Assembly: GCA_043228905.1 (NCBI GenBank)
Contig: JBHGNT010000010.1
Coordinates: 9,052,001 to 9,116,000, forward strand
Direction of reading: 5' to 3'
Source: Azolla caroliniana
Lineage: Eukaryota; Plantae; Polypodiophyta
DNA length: 64,000 bases
The notes beneath the pieces are model-generated. The model was given only the letters and a program-made list of their open reading frames with translations, did not search any database and was not told the DNA's origin. Below are positions 33,923-46,500 of this stretch, piece after piece; within the stretch, counting starts at the first letter, position 1, and every line of letters starts with the position of its first letter. The position numbers were made by a program, and so were the translations under genes.

Positions 33923-33968
33923 TTTTCTTATCAATGGGCACAAATCATGGAGGTTAGGGGGTGGTATA

Positions 33969-34270
33969 AAAAGAAAGTCAGATGGGTGAGCCTACGCTCT
34001 CGTCATCAGGTGACGTCATAATCCATTGAAGGGTCAACCGTGGGGGGGGGGGGGGGGGGGCGTCCCACACTTGTGCACACATGCGGACAACACATACATA
34101 TATATACATATGCAGTGTACACACACACAAGCTTTAACAGGGTAATGCCGGCCATTGGAAAGAACGTCAGAGAATGAGGCCATGCTCTCGTCATCAGGCG
34201 ACGTCATTAAGCGTTGAATAGTCAACCGCCCACTCCCCCGCCGCAGCCGTACCTTTAAAACCTACCAAGA
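33969..34270 (+). promoter_or_regulatory. Putative C4H promoter: duplicated module with TGACGTCA/CGACGTCA and GTCAA (W-box core), plus AC element ACCTACC at 34260-34266
   Basis: The motifs are visible ~220-520 bp upstream of the ATG. AC elements are established MYB sites of phenylpropanoid genes. Function here is untested. Confidence 0.5.
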
Positions 34271-34293
34271 CTCTCACCTCTTCTCCTCAATTT

Positions 34294-34325
<32 letters not shown>

Positions 34326-34486
34326 CCAGGGCCATCTCCCCTCTGAAAGCAAGAATCACATCACCATTTAGTACATACATACATACATAGTTAGTTAGTT
34401 ATTTAAAGTAGCAAGCAAAAGGAAAGAGAGCAGAGAGCAATCGACAATAAGAATAATCAATCAATCAATCATAAAAGTGGGAAGAA

Positions 34487-36415
34487 ATGGCGACGGCGGC
34501 AGCGCTGCTGCAGCTCCTCTCTCCATTTGGGGGAGGCGGAAGCCTCTCTCTCGACACCCTCCTCATCTCCCTCCTCCTCCTGGTCGTCGCTGGCCTCGCC
34601 CTCTTCCAGCTGTCCAAGCCCAAGCTCCGGCTCCCCCCGGGCCCCTTGGCCCTCCCCATCTTCGGCAACTGGCTCCAGGTCGGCGATGACCTCAACCACC
34701 GCAACCTCTCGGACATGGCCTGCAAGTACGGCGACGTCTTCCTCCTCCGCATGGGCCAGCGCAACCTCGTCGTCGTCTCCTCCCCGGACCTCGCCAAGGA
34801 GGTCCTCCACACCCAGGGCGTCGAGTTCGGCTCCCGCACCCGCAACGTCGTCTTCGACATCTTCACCGGCAACGGCCAGGACATGGTCTTCACCGTCTAC
34901 GGCGACCACTGGCGCAAGATGCGCCGCATCATGACCGTCCCCTTCTTCACCAACAAGGTCGTCCAGCAGTCCAGGGTCTTCTGGGAAGAGGAGGTGGACC
35001 TCGCCATCGCTGACCTCAAGGCCAATCCCGATGCCGCCACCTCTGGGGTTGTCATCCGCCGCCGCCTCCAGATGCTCATGTACAACAACATGTACCGCAT
35101 GATGTTCGGACGCAGGTTCGAGCGCGAGGATGACCCCCTCTTCGTCGAGCTCAAGCGCCTCAATGGCGAGCGCAGCCGCCTCGCCCAGAGCTTCGAGTAC
35201 AATTATGGCGACTTCATCCCCATCCTCCGTCCTTTCCTCAAGAAATACCTCCACCTCTGCCAGAAGGTCAAAGACGAACGCCTCAAGCTCTTCAAGGACT
35301 ACTTCCTCGATGAACGCAAGTAAGTTCTGTTCTCTTTCTTCTCCCCCCTCCCCTTTGAATTTCTCATCTTCAACCCTAATGCTCCTCCTTAGATCTGATC
35401 TGATCTCATCCGATCTGGCCCCGATCTAATCCTTTGACGATCTGGCAGGAAGCTGAACAGCATCAGACCTCCATCAAACGACGAGAAGGTTGCCATCGAT
35501 CACATCCTTGATGCTCAGAAGAACGGCGAAATCAACGAAGACAACGTCCTATACATCATCGAGAACATCAACGTTGCAGGTAAACCCTCCTTCCCCCCCA
35601 TAAAAACACTTCCTCCCTAAAATCTCAATACACATGCTCAATTCTCTGCGTGAAGAGATCTGTATGTAGCAAAATATAGATATCCTGTCCTGACATGACA
35701 TGAAATGACAACATTTCTAGCTTATCATCATCTCTGTTAACTTAACATCTGTTTCTTTCTTACTACCTATATGCTTGCTCTGTGGTGGCTTCTCATGATG
35801 AATGTTGAATGGGTTCCTACAGCCATCGAAACGACCCTTTGGTCTGTGGAGTGGGGACTAGCAGAGCTGGTGAACAACCCCGACATCCAGAAGAAGGTGC
35901 GGGACGAGCTGAACACTGTGCTTGGCCATGGAAAGCTCATAACGGAACCAGATATCCCCAATTTGCCCTACTTCCACGCAGTGATCAAGGAGACATTGAG
36001 GAAGCACATGGCCATTCCCCTGCTGGTGCCTCACATGAACTTGAAGCAGGCTAAGCTGGCTGGGTATGACATCCCTGCAGAGAGCAAGATCCTGGTGAAT
36101 GCTTGGTACCTCGCCAACAACCCTGACTGGTGGGACAAGCCCGAGGAGTTCCGGCCCGAGAGGTTCTTGGGCGCCGAGAAGATCGAAGCGAATGGGAATG
36201 ACTTCAGATTTCTGCCATTCGGAGTAGGCAGGAGAAGCTGCCCCGGCATCATTCTAGCCATCCCTATCCTCTCCATCGTGCTTGGCCGCCTCGTTCAATC
36301 ATTCGAGCTTCTGCCACCACCTGGCCAGAGCAAGATCGACATGACAGGGAGGGCCGGACAATTCAGCTTAAACATCAAAACACATTCCACTGTGGTATGC
36401 AAGCCACTTCTCTAA
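34487..36415 (+). CDS. C4H: Trans-cinnamate 4-monooxygenase (CYP73A), exons 34487-35319, 35449-35579, 35823-36415; 518 aa
   Basis: Motifs [38 protein letters not shown] and heme motif [10 protein letters not shown]. Two GT-AG introns join in frame (1557 nt). Confidence 0.97.
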
Positions 36416-37694
36416 GTTGGAGCATCCTGGCATTCACAGGGTTTAAATACATGATAATGATGCTTAACAACCACTCAATTATTGTATCACCTCAAAATGC
36501 TTTTTGTTCTCTTGTTTCTTGAACATATATATATATTGAAGATGGAGCATATATATCTAAGCAGTATAGTGTTTTTGAGTCACTAGTTTTCCCTAAGATT
36601 TGATCCTCGGACACGTTGAGCATCGAAATCACATAGTAATTCTCGTGCATCAATTGTGGGCACATGTAATGTATGTATGGAAGTACTTTGAATAATCATA
36701 TAGTATTTCTGGTTGATCAATCTTCCCGTGCAAATGTGTGTATCTACAAGCGGAACATATGCATTTGGAGTGATTTGGAAATGATCATGTATTAATTCTT
36801 CCTTGTCATTGGGCAAATGTATGTGTTTACAAGAGCTTTGGAAATCATATGCAACTTCTCATCACTCGTGGGTAAATGGGTCTACAAGTAGTTTTCGGAA
36901 ATCGCGGGGATCCTCTCCTCCACAATGTGGCATAATAAGTTGTAGTTAGGGCATTGTGAATTATCTATCCATTTCCAAGACATCTTTAGTATCAATGATG
37001 GCCCTCTCCATGTAAGTCAAAACATTCAAGGTGATCTTGAGTTTTGTGGTAGTCAATTTTCATGTTCTCTGACTCAATTCTCACGAGTACAAAGCCCATG
37101 TCATGACTCCTAAAAGTAATGAGGTATCTATCATTCACATCAGTTGTACAAAGGAAGTGTGGCTGTTTTGAGTAAACAGGTATCAATATGGTAAGTAGAT
37201 GCAATCGAACTGAAGAATTTAATGAATTTGTCCTATCTCTACTTTCCATTCTGTTTAATACGATGTAAGAATTTTCACTCCTATTAGATACTCCAAGTTT
37301 TTGGAAAGACTTTGGAGAGGCCTGTTGTTGAGGTCCATGTCGTTGCATTTTGTTGAATATTATAACAAATGATAGGTTATTTCTCATTTTCAATGGGAAT
37401 TTTTTAATGGATTTCTCACCATTGTCAATAACAAAATTCTTTTCCCATTAGAAGTGTATTTATTTGATTGACATTGATCCCTCAATGAAATCTAGTGGTA
37501 CAAAGGCGTACATTATCCCTTATCAAAATAATCTCAAATTCTACCATAACCTCAAGTTGACTGGTCATTATATGTGTTATCATCTGTAACATGCCAATAA
37601 TTGAAAACCATGCTTTAACTTTTGACTTTTCAATGCCACATAGAAACAAAATAAAATTGTAATGTTGATTAAATATAAATATGTTGAAGCTAAA

Positions 37695-37778
37695 GTAAGG
37701 CACCATAAGATAAGATGGACCGGTCATCACATGTGAAGCAAGGCACCATAAGCTAAGATGGACCGGTCATCATATGTG
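37695..37778. repeat. Two-copy tandem duplication of about 43 bp
   Basis: AAGGCACCATAAG(AT/CT)AAGATGGACCGGTCATCA occurs twice in a row. Confidence 0.85.
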
Positions 37779-39738
37779 TTGTTACCCATGTCATATCCCA
37801 TTTTGAATGAAATTTGTTGATCAGATTCCTCAATCTTCTTAAGATACATAAAAAAACATCTCAATTTGTATATCAACAATGATCAAAAATTGGGTAACTT
37901 TTGATTTTTTGTTTGACTTAGAAGTGACCTAGAACAAAGATGTTTCACTTTAAACTAAACAATATTGGAAGCATTAAAAGAAAGCCCCATAAGTTTAAGT
38001 GGATTAATCACTACATCTAATGCCCCACGCTCCCCTATCTCTCTCACTTTCAATGGAAATCTTTTATCAATTTTTTTACCATTCTGAATATGATTCAATC
38101 TTGTCCCTCAAGCAGATTTGACCCTCAATTATGAAAAGAAATCAAATTGATTCGACAATTCTTATTGCCCCTTTCGTAAAATACCTTCAATTTAAAAAAT
38201 GCCAAAGGATTCACTATTTTGTAAATTTTGACTTTTTGTGTAGCTTAGAAGCAACACATGACAATGTTGGTTCACCTTAAATCAAAAAATATTGGAAGCT
38301 AAAGAAAGCTCAATAAGTTCAAGTAGATCAGTCATTGTATGTGATGGTACCACGGTCCTATCTCATTTTCAATGCAAACCTTTCCCTAAATTTCACATAT
38401 TATAATACCATAAATCTTATTCCATTAGAGATGTGATTTGAAGTCCTCAATTATTAAAAATCTTATGGCACATCACTTTATACTATTCACAAAAAGTACC
38501 CCAAACTTGGTAATGCCAAATATTGGAAATTTGGTTACCTTTATTTATTTTTATATAACTCATAGAAATCAACATACCATGATAATTCATGTTAAATTGA
38601 AAGACATTGGAAGGTGAAGAAATCTCCTTAAGTTCAAGTACATCTATGGCCTAAGCAAAATAAAATACTAAAATTGGCAAAGGAATTCTATATAGACAAG
38701 AAGAACAAGAGCTACAAATTACTTTGAAGAATAACAATGAGTATAATGAGATTACTTTGAAGAATAACAATGAGTATAATGACTTGATAACATTGAGAAA
38801 GGTTCAAATGGAATGCCACACCATTGATTTGGTAAGATATTAGGTTTCTTTGGTGAAGAGTTGAGGTGATTATAATCCACATTTGACTTTTGTGTACCTT
38901 GAAATTGTGAGAAAGTTTGACTTGAACATTGTGTCTACAACTTGAGCACTTTTGATGTTCAGAAACAATATTCATAGGGACTTCTCTATGTTCAAGCATA
39001 GTTCAACATGGACGAAAGTTTTATTTCAAAGAAAGGAGTATTCTAATAGAAGAATAAACAAAATTTTCTTGCAAAATGTAATGAAGCAACCTAATCATGT
39101 TGTTGGTAGTTGATGATGCAAATAATGTTACTACTTTAAATCTCATTTATGTTTGATTTGGTTGTCACTATATGAATGATAGATTGAAGACTTTGAGACA
39201 AATTGAGGCCCATAGTGATAATGTCATTTGGGAAAGCCTAATGCTCAAATGCGTCTTCATAACTCCATCTATTATCTTTGAACTATTGAATAGTCTTGGG
39301 GAATGGAAGTAAATGTATCATCTTAGTGAGATATGTGATGAAATCCAAAGAAATGGATTTCTATGTACTAATGAAAATTTGTTATTTGTTTGTCTAACTC
39401 ATATAGACGATGTTGAAACATTTTAGATCGGCAATACACATCACAATATACCTCAATGAAATTACATTTGGTTATTAGTTCTGAAGTCTCATGGACTCCA
39501 AAACACCCAACCATGACCATAAAAATTCATCAAAACTTGAATTTGAAAAAAGAAACAGAACGCGATGAAGATAGTCGTGCAGCCTGTCACCGCTTTGCTT
39601 TCTGCCGCCTAGCTTGCCGCTACAACCCGCTCACCTCCTATCGGGTATGGCTTAGCCGATGGCCACCTCCCTTCAACGGTTGTTGTTGGCTGTTCAACCT
39701 CTGTTGTTGCGTCTGTCACAGTAGTTGCAAGCAAAACG

Positions 39739-40150
39739 GTGGCCCCTAGCAGTCTGCCTGCTAAAATCAAGACAACAACTGTGACCAATCTCTCTGAATC
39801 TTCCATTGCCTCAATCTTCATCACCACATCCGCAAATCAGGAGCAATTGCCATGCCATCATGAACAATTTAACCGAGGCTCCTGTGCAACTCACTTGGAT
39901 AACCCACCCAGTTCAAATAGTGCAATAGAGCTCATGTTGTCGGAAGAGGATCGAACATGGATTGTGCAAGAGATTCAACGTTTGGAGAAGAAGACTATCA
40001 TTGCGCATGTGTTGGGCCTTCGTCCTACACGCGCTGATCTCCGTTTATTGCTTCAAACCGCTTTGAAACAGGATCTTCACAACATTACAGATGTACAAAT
40101 ACTTGGCAGAAACTACTATAAACTAGAGTTCGAGCTGGAATGCGTGTTAC
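39739..40150 (+). mobile_element. LINE ORF1 (DUF4283-like) fragment truncated by an LTR
   Basis: LEKKTIIAHVLGLRPTRADL...VQILGRNYYKLEFE resembles the N-terminal domain of plant L1 ORF1. Confidence 0.55.
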
Positions 40151-40154
40151 CAAT

Positions 40155-41350
40155 TGTTAAGAATTAGGCAATTAACTATGGGTTAATTAGTACCTAATTA
40201 TGTGATTAAGTAGTGGAAGATTATGTGATGTGTGTGTATGTACATGGGAGTGTGAGAGGAAGAGAGAAAGAACACTTATGAACAACGAGACAAGATTGGG
40301 GATGATTAACAATATTAAAAAGCATCATCAAATACAAAAATACCCACAATGAAGTATATATATACATCTCATGTGCAAAGGTGCACATGTGTGTGTAGAA
40401 TATAGATACAAATGTGTAAGTCCTATTTTAAATGATGATGGGAGTGGGGGATCTACAATGTATCCCACTCATGTACAAAATCCTATTTAAGGCTTTACGG
40501 TTAACACACTAACTAGATTCTATCTAGGTAATTACTAAGTTACGTGTGTTGACTAGCTAACTAAATCTAGTTGACCTTGATATCTCAACACGCCCCCTCA
40601 AGCTCAAGTGTGAGGCGTCTGACGTTCGCTTTGGCTTTTGTAGGCTTACGTCCGGCCTTCGATGTCGGCTTCTGTTTGGCTTTCGACGTCGGCATTTTCG
40701 TGTCAGTTTCGGTTCCTCCCCCTCAAGCCTCTCATGAAGGCTTGGGCTGACCGCTTTCACCCATCGTGGGTCATGAGCCACTTCTATAGAGCTCTCGGGC
40801 TCTTGTTCGGTCACTACCTTCATCGTGAAGGCATAATGATGGGCCATATACTCATTGTAGCCAAACCGAGTGACAGGTTCTTTTCTCTAGATGAGTGTCA
40901 AAGTTTTTCGCTCGCCGATGTGAGCACCTTCTTTACTCTGGGTGTCCGCATGATGGGTACACCAAACTCTCTATCTCGTGAGTGAGCCGGCAATCCGAAT
41001 CAGTGTTGTCGGGTGGTCGACCTCGTATTCGAGCATCTTACCTTTGAGTTGAGACACACTTGGAAGGCTTGAAGGCTCGTGTGGTCCATTTAGCTCGGTA
41101 GAGCTTGGATGGTCCTTTGGTGAAGGGTTTGGCCGAATATCGTCCTTCGAGTTGACGTTCAACTCTTCCTCGGTTGAGTCGGGTGGAACCAAATCGGGCT
41201 CATACCATGATGCCGATTCGTCGAAGACTACGTCTCGACTCACCCGAACTGCTCGGGTTGAAGGGTTATAGCAATTGTATGCCTTCTTCTCGGACGAGTA
41301 TCCTACGAGGATACATTTCTCCGACTTCACGTTGGGCTTCTGTCGGTTTT
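40155..41350 (-). mobile_element. Truncated Copia: 3' LTR 40155-40590, PPT, internally deleted pol fragment
   Basis: TG..CA LTR followed by CGCCCCCTCAAG (reverse-complement PPT). KCILVGYS...VSRDVVFDE is present on the minus strand. Confidence 0.8.
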
Positions 41351-41351
41351 T

Positions 41352-42911
41352 TGTAAGAAATATTAGAACATAATGGAATAGATTGACAACAGAGAAAGAG
41401 AGAGATTTTGGAGAAGTGTAGAACAAGGTAGATATTATATTAAGACAAGTGTATTACAATGTAAGAACCTATAGTAACAACTCCAAATGTAGTATCACAC
41501 ACTCTAGGCTAAACAATACTTCATACATACATACATACATACATACATACATACATACATACATACATACACATATATACATATATACATATATATACAC
41601 ATAAAAGTAATGACTAGCTGTTACTTCTTTGTGAGTGTTGTTTTGTCTTTTTCTTATTGTTTTTGTAACGGTTATTTTGTCTTTATCCTCATAAGTAATG
41701 TTTTATCATTTGTGGTGGAAGCAGGTAATCTTAACACCCCCCCCTTAGTTGTGACACCACCAACTCATCTATTTGGATGAATACTTCTAATATGGTGGTA
41801 GCAACTCCGATGTTTTGCATTGGGTACTGGGTTGGTAAGAAAATCTGACCACATAGCTTGTGTTGAAGTATGTCCAATAGAAAGGTTATATTCTTCAAGA
41901 AGTTCTGAGATGAAGTGATGCCATGCTCAGATATGCTTGTTTTGCTCTGTGATCTTGGGGTCCTTAGTGATTTTGATGCAAGATTGGTTGTCACACCATA
42001 ACTTGAATTCAGAGATTTTGAGGATGGCTAGTTCATCAATGATGGACTTAAACCATAATCCCTCCTTGGTAGTGAGAGTAGCTGCTATGTATTCTACTTC
42101 AGCGGAAGAGAGGGCGACGATAGCTTATTTCTTTGTTCGCCATGAAATGGCACCACCTGCAAATAGGAATACATAGCCATAGGTGGATCGAGAGGTATCC
42201 TTGTCCTTAGTGATTTTGATGCAAGATTGGTTGTCACACCATAACTTGAATTCAGAGATTTTGAGGATGGCTAGTTCATCAATGATGGACTTAAACCATA
42301 ATCCCTCCTTGGTAGTGAGAGTAGCTGCTATGTATTCTGCTTCAGTGGAAGAGAGGGTGACAATAGCTTGTTTCTTTGTTCGCCATGAAATGGCACCACC
42401 TACAAATAGGAATACATAGCCAGAGGTGGATCGAGAGGTATCCTTGTCCCCCCCCCCCCCCCCCCCCCCCAATCTGCATCCGTCTAACCATTTAGTGGTG
42501 TAGATAGCCAAGCTTGGATATTTGAATGTTGGGCTTTAGAGTATGATGTGTAAGTAAGTGTCATATCCCTTGTGTACTTTAGATACCGTAATACTCTTTT
42601 AAGTGCTTTCCAATGGTTAACTCCCGGATTCTCCATGAATCTCGATAGATATCCAATGGCAAAAGACAAGTCGGGTCGAGTGCAGCTGACGAGGTATCGA
42701 ATGCTCCCCAACACTTGGCGATACAGGATATTCTTCATAAAGTAAGTTTCTTCAGTTATATGTGGTGAATGTTCGGATGATAATTTGCATGGTACTGTGA
42801 GGGGAGTGGAGATTGGAGAACACTCAGACATATCAAACTTGGTTAGTATATTATCGACAAAGTGTTCTTGTGATAGGGAAAGTGTACCTAGAGTTTGATT
42901 CCTTTTTACAT
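41352..42911 (-). mobile_element. Truncated Copia: 3' LTR 41352-41736, PPT, RT/RNase H fragment with a 243-bp tandem duplication
   Basis: TRPDLSFA, STSGYVF and STEAEY motifs. The block at 41960-42202 repeats from 42203. Confidence 0.8.
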
Positions 42912-44395
42912 TGTTAAGAAATGGAGTCTGTGGTGATTGCAATGCAGCGGAAAATGAGAGACTATGTGTGTGTGTGTGTGTAGCAACAGAGAGAGAGAGT
43001 GAGAGCTCAAGATAGAGATAATCAAAACTGTATATTACATAAGGCTTCTAACGATAACTAAGTTACAGTGAGTTGGTTTATATACCAACTAAGCTAGGGC
43101 AAGCGCCCTTTCTACTATTTACAAAATTAGCATGGTATGTCCATGGGCTAGTGTGAACCTATTCCTATGGGAAGTTGAGTTTGATTCTCAACACGCCCCT
43201 TTGAACACAACTTCCATCTGTTCGGTTTGAAGTTTGGCGTACATATTTGCGTATCAATGCGTACACTGCGTACTCCCCCTCAAGCTCGGCAATGTAGGCA
43301 GCATGAGACCAAGATCTGATGCGAATTGCCCGAGCTTGTCTACTCCTAACGCCTTTGTAAATATATCAACAACTTGGAGGTGCGTGCTGATATGTTGGAG
43401 ATCGATTTCTCCGGCCTATACGCGCTCGTGGATGAAGTGGTAGTGCACTTCGATGTGTTTAGTTCGTGCGTGAAATACGGGGTTGTGCGCAAAGTAGATA
43501 CTGCTCATGTTGTCGCAGTACAGGCGTATTAGATCTTTGATGGGAATGCCCCTATCCTTCAGTACACGCTTGAGCCATACGGCTTGACGTGCGGCGACTG
43601 CTGCACCCCTGTATTCGGCTTTTGTGCTCGACAGTGCGACTGTCAGTTGTTTCTTGCTGCTCCAAGAGATCTCTCCGCTGCCGAGGGAGAAGACAAATCC
43701 GGATGTGGATTGTCTATCTGCTTTGTATCCAGCCTAATCCGCGTCTGTGTACCCTCCGAGTCGAACAGTTGTATTCAACTTATATAAGATGCCGTGATCC
43801 ATTGTCGTACTGACATATCGTAGTATCCTCTTAGCACAATCGAGATGAAGGTTACGCGGATTCTGCATGAATTGGCTAAGTAGGCCGACTGAATAACTTA
43901 GGTCGGGTCGCGTAATGGTGAGATAGATCAAGCTACTGATCAGTTGGCGATATTGAGTCGGTTCAATCTCGGCCATGCCGAAACTGGCATCAATCTTGAT
44001 ATTGCGATCAAGAGGGGTAGTGACAGGTTTGCACTCTGTCATTTCGAATTTGTACAATAAGTTGAGGACATAATGTTGTTGTGAGATCATTATCCCGATT
44101 GGTGTGTCCGAATTACTTCAATACCTAGGAAGTAATGAAGTTCGTGCAGGTCTTTCATTTCGAACCTGCCGGAAAGAAGTGATTTAACTTTGTTAATCTC
44201 GGTGAGATCCTTTCTTCCGATGACCAAATCATCCACGTACAAGATGATGATGATCGGGCTATCCGACTTGTTTCGGATGTACAGGGAAGTGTCAGATTTG
44301 ACATCCGAAATTCGACTTGATGAAGATATTGCGTGATCTTTGAATGCCAAGCACGCGGTGCTTGTTTGAGGCCGTAAAGTGGCTTCTTGAGTCTA
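42912..44395 (-). mobile_element. Truncated Copia: 3' LTR 42912-43193, PPT-like tracts, degenerate RT/RNase H
   Basis: LYVDDLVI, YLTITRPDLSY and KHIEVHYHF motifs with frameshifts. Confidence 0.8.
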
Positions 44396-44661
44396 ACTTT
44401 TATGTTTGTTTGGATTATTAACCATTTGTCAATCTAGAAGATAATGTTGTGTACTTCAAATCCAAGTTGTATTTGGTAATAGTGGAAAAGATTTTTTTGG
44501 CTTGATGCTAATGATTTTACATTTAGAAAACACTGTGGAAATAGTGTAATTTAGTATGTGATACTTTTTGAACCTATCTTGGATTACATACACAATTAGT
44601 TCTCACTTGGTGAATGGGCATCAAAATCCGGTCATCAAACAACATGTATTAACCTCAAATC

Positions 44662-45212
44662 TAGCTATGTGCCCAATTTCGGCTCAAACCGATCTGAACC
44701 ATTAAGCCATAGTTTAACGGTTTATTGGTTCCAAAAACATATAATGGTTTGGTTTGGTTTGAATTTTTAATAAATTGTTTGGTTTTTGTTCGGTTTGGTT
44801 CTATAGCTTGGGTTTATCGGTTTATAGGTTTAAATGGTTTGGTTTCAAGGTTTTTTATTAACTTTTTTTCCCCTTAATAATTTATTAATTTAATGGTTTA
44901 ATTAATTGTTTTTTACTGATTTAATTAATTTAACTTTGGTTTAATTAAAGTTTTTTTATTGATTTAATTAATTTAATTTAATGTATTTTTTCTTATTTAG
45001 ATTTTTAAAATTAGTTTGATTTAAATGATTAGGTTTAAATTTTTTATTAAATGGGTCGGTTTGGTTTCAACTTTTCCCTAAATAGTTTGGATTTAAATGG
45101 TTTGGTTTAAATGGCTGAGAGTTCATAAACATTTTGGTTTGGTTTTTGTTTATATAAATAGTTTGGTTTGGTTTGGTTTCAAGGCAAAGAAACCGAATCG
45201 AACCCATTGCTA
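44662..45212. mobile_element. AT-rich MITE, possibly hAT-like, with GGTTT/AAACC subterminal repeats
   Basis: Imperfect TIRs TAGCTATGTG / CCCATTGCTA. The flanking 8-mers CTCAAATC and GTCAGATC match at 6/8, consistent with a decayed TSD. Confidence 0.55.
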
Positions 45213-46039
45213 GTCAGATCTATGGAAAGGTTTGAGTATGAGAATATCATTGAAAATATCAAACAACCATATTTTAAAGTAAACCTTAAAGGAACACCTA
45301 TGCAATCAATGATGGTTGAGGATATATTACAAATGATATAGTGCAACAATAGAATGCAAGTGGGAACCTTTTGAGAAATTCATTTTCTCACACACAAACC
45401 AATGTCATTTAGCCAAGATATACCTTGCAAAAGCATCAAGAACTATAGCTCAAAGGACAGAATGGTTTGATAGCAATGTCATATGAAAGTATCTTATGAC
45501 TTTAGAAATAGTCAAGGATAAAGAAAATCATGAAAGGCATTTGCTTGAATATAAAGACATAGTCAAAGAAAGAGAAGAATGTGGGGAGATACTCAACCTT
45601 TTCTCCAAACACAAGAGAGAGCACATGTGAAACCTAGAAGGGAATAAGTTGCAATGAATTAACTCTTATCAACTTGTCGATTGTAAGAGCTTACATGGGC
45701 AACCAAATGCAAGAAAGATGATTTGGTTCTCTTTCACATATACCATCCTTCTTTACGATTGAGGATCTATGCATAGTCATTAGAAATTAGCCTCTCAAAA
45801 TCCAGAAGATCTTCAAGGTTTAAAGGTTGAAAATGAATCGCATGCATGGATAAAGAAGATGGACAAGAAAATGAATCACATACATGGATAAGTAATATAT
45901 TTAATTATGTGTTGCATAATGATATGCCTTAGGATTGGAGTATAAATTAAATAAAACCATTAAGTAAAGATGGATATGTGAATATTGTAAACAACGATTG
46001 AACAATTGTGGTCGAAAACTATTTGGATATATAATGGAA

Positions 46040-46500
46040 TTAATGGTAAGCGCATGGGTTCGAGAACATGGTTAGAGAGCTTACTAACAATGTGGCTTTG
46101 AAAACACCATAACAATCACCCTACACCTTGAATTGTTAATGGAAGAAAATGTTGGAGAAGAAAGGATGTATATTATTGCTTCATAGACTTCAAGAATGCT
46201 TTTGGGGTGGTACCGCATAAGCATTTTTTGGATGCTCATTGAATAACTTAGGGACAACCAAATATATGTTTGTGACTATTTTGTTCTATGCATAAATGAA
46301 TCGGAAGAAATAGTTGTCAAATTCTAAAGGAAGAAGGTATTGAAGAACTTGACATTAGGAATGTAGACATCATGCTTCTATTATACACAAATGATGTGGT
46401 ACTTTGTGCAAATACTTTAGAAGATACACAAAAGCTTATGAGGTTATAGAAGATTTTCAGATGCGTACTAAGTTGATTGCTAATTCTAAATCAAAGATAG
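46040..46500 (+). mobile_element. Highly decayed LINE RT fragment
   Basis: Remnant motifs YYCFIDFKNAF and LLLYTNDVVL. Confidence 0.55.

Noticed and set aside
34465-35254. Long antisense ORFs over C4H exon 1
   Set aside because: They are expected shadows of very high GC3 codon usage.
35771-35822. Separate ATG-initiated P450 ORF at 35771
   Set aside because: This is intron 2 sequence in frame with exon 3; the acceptor AG is at 35821-35822.
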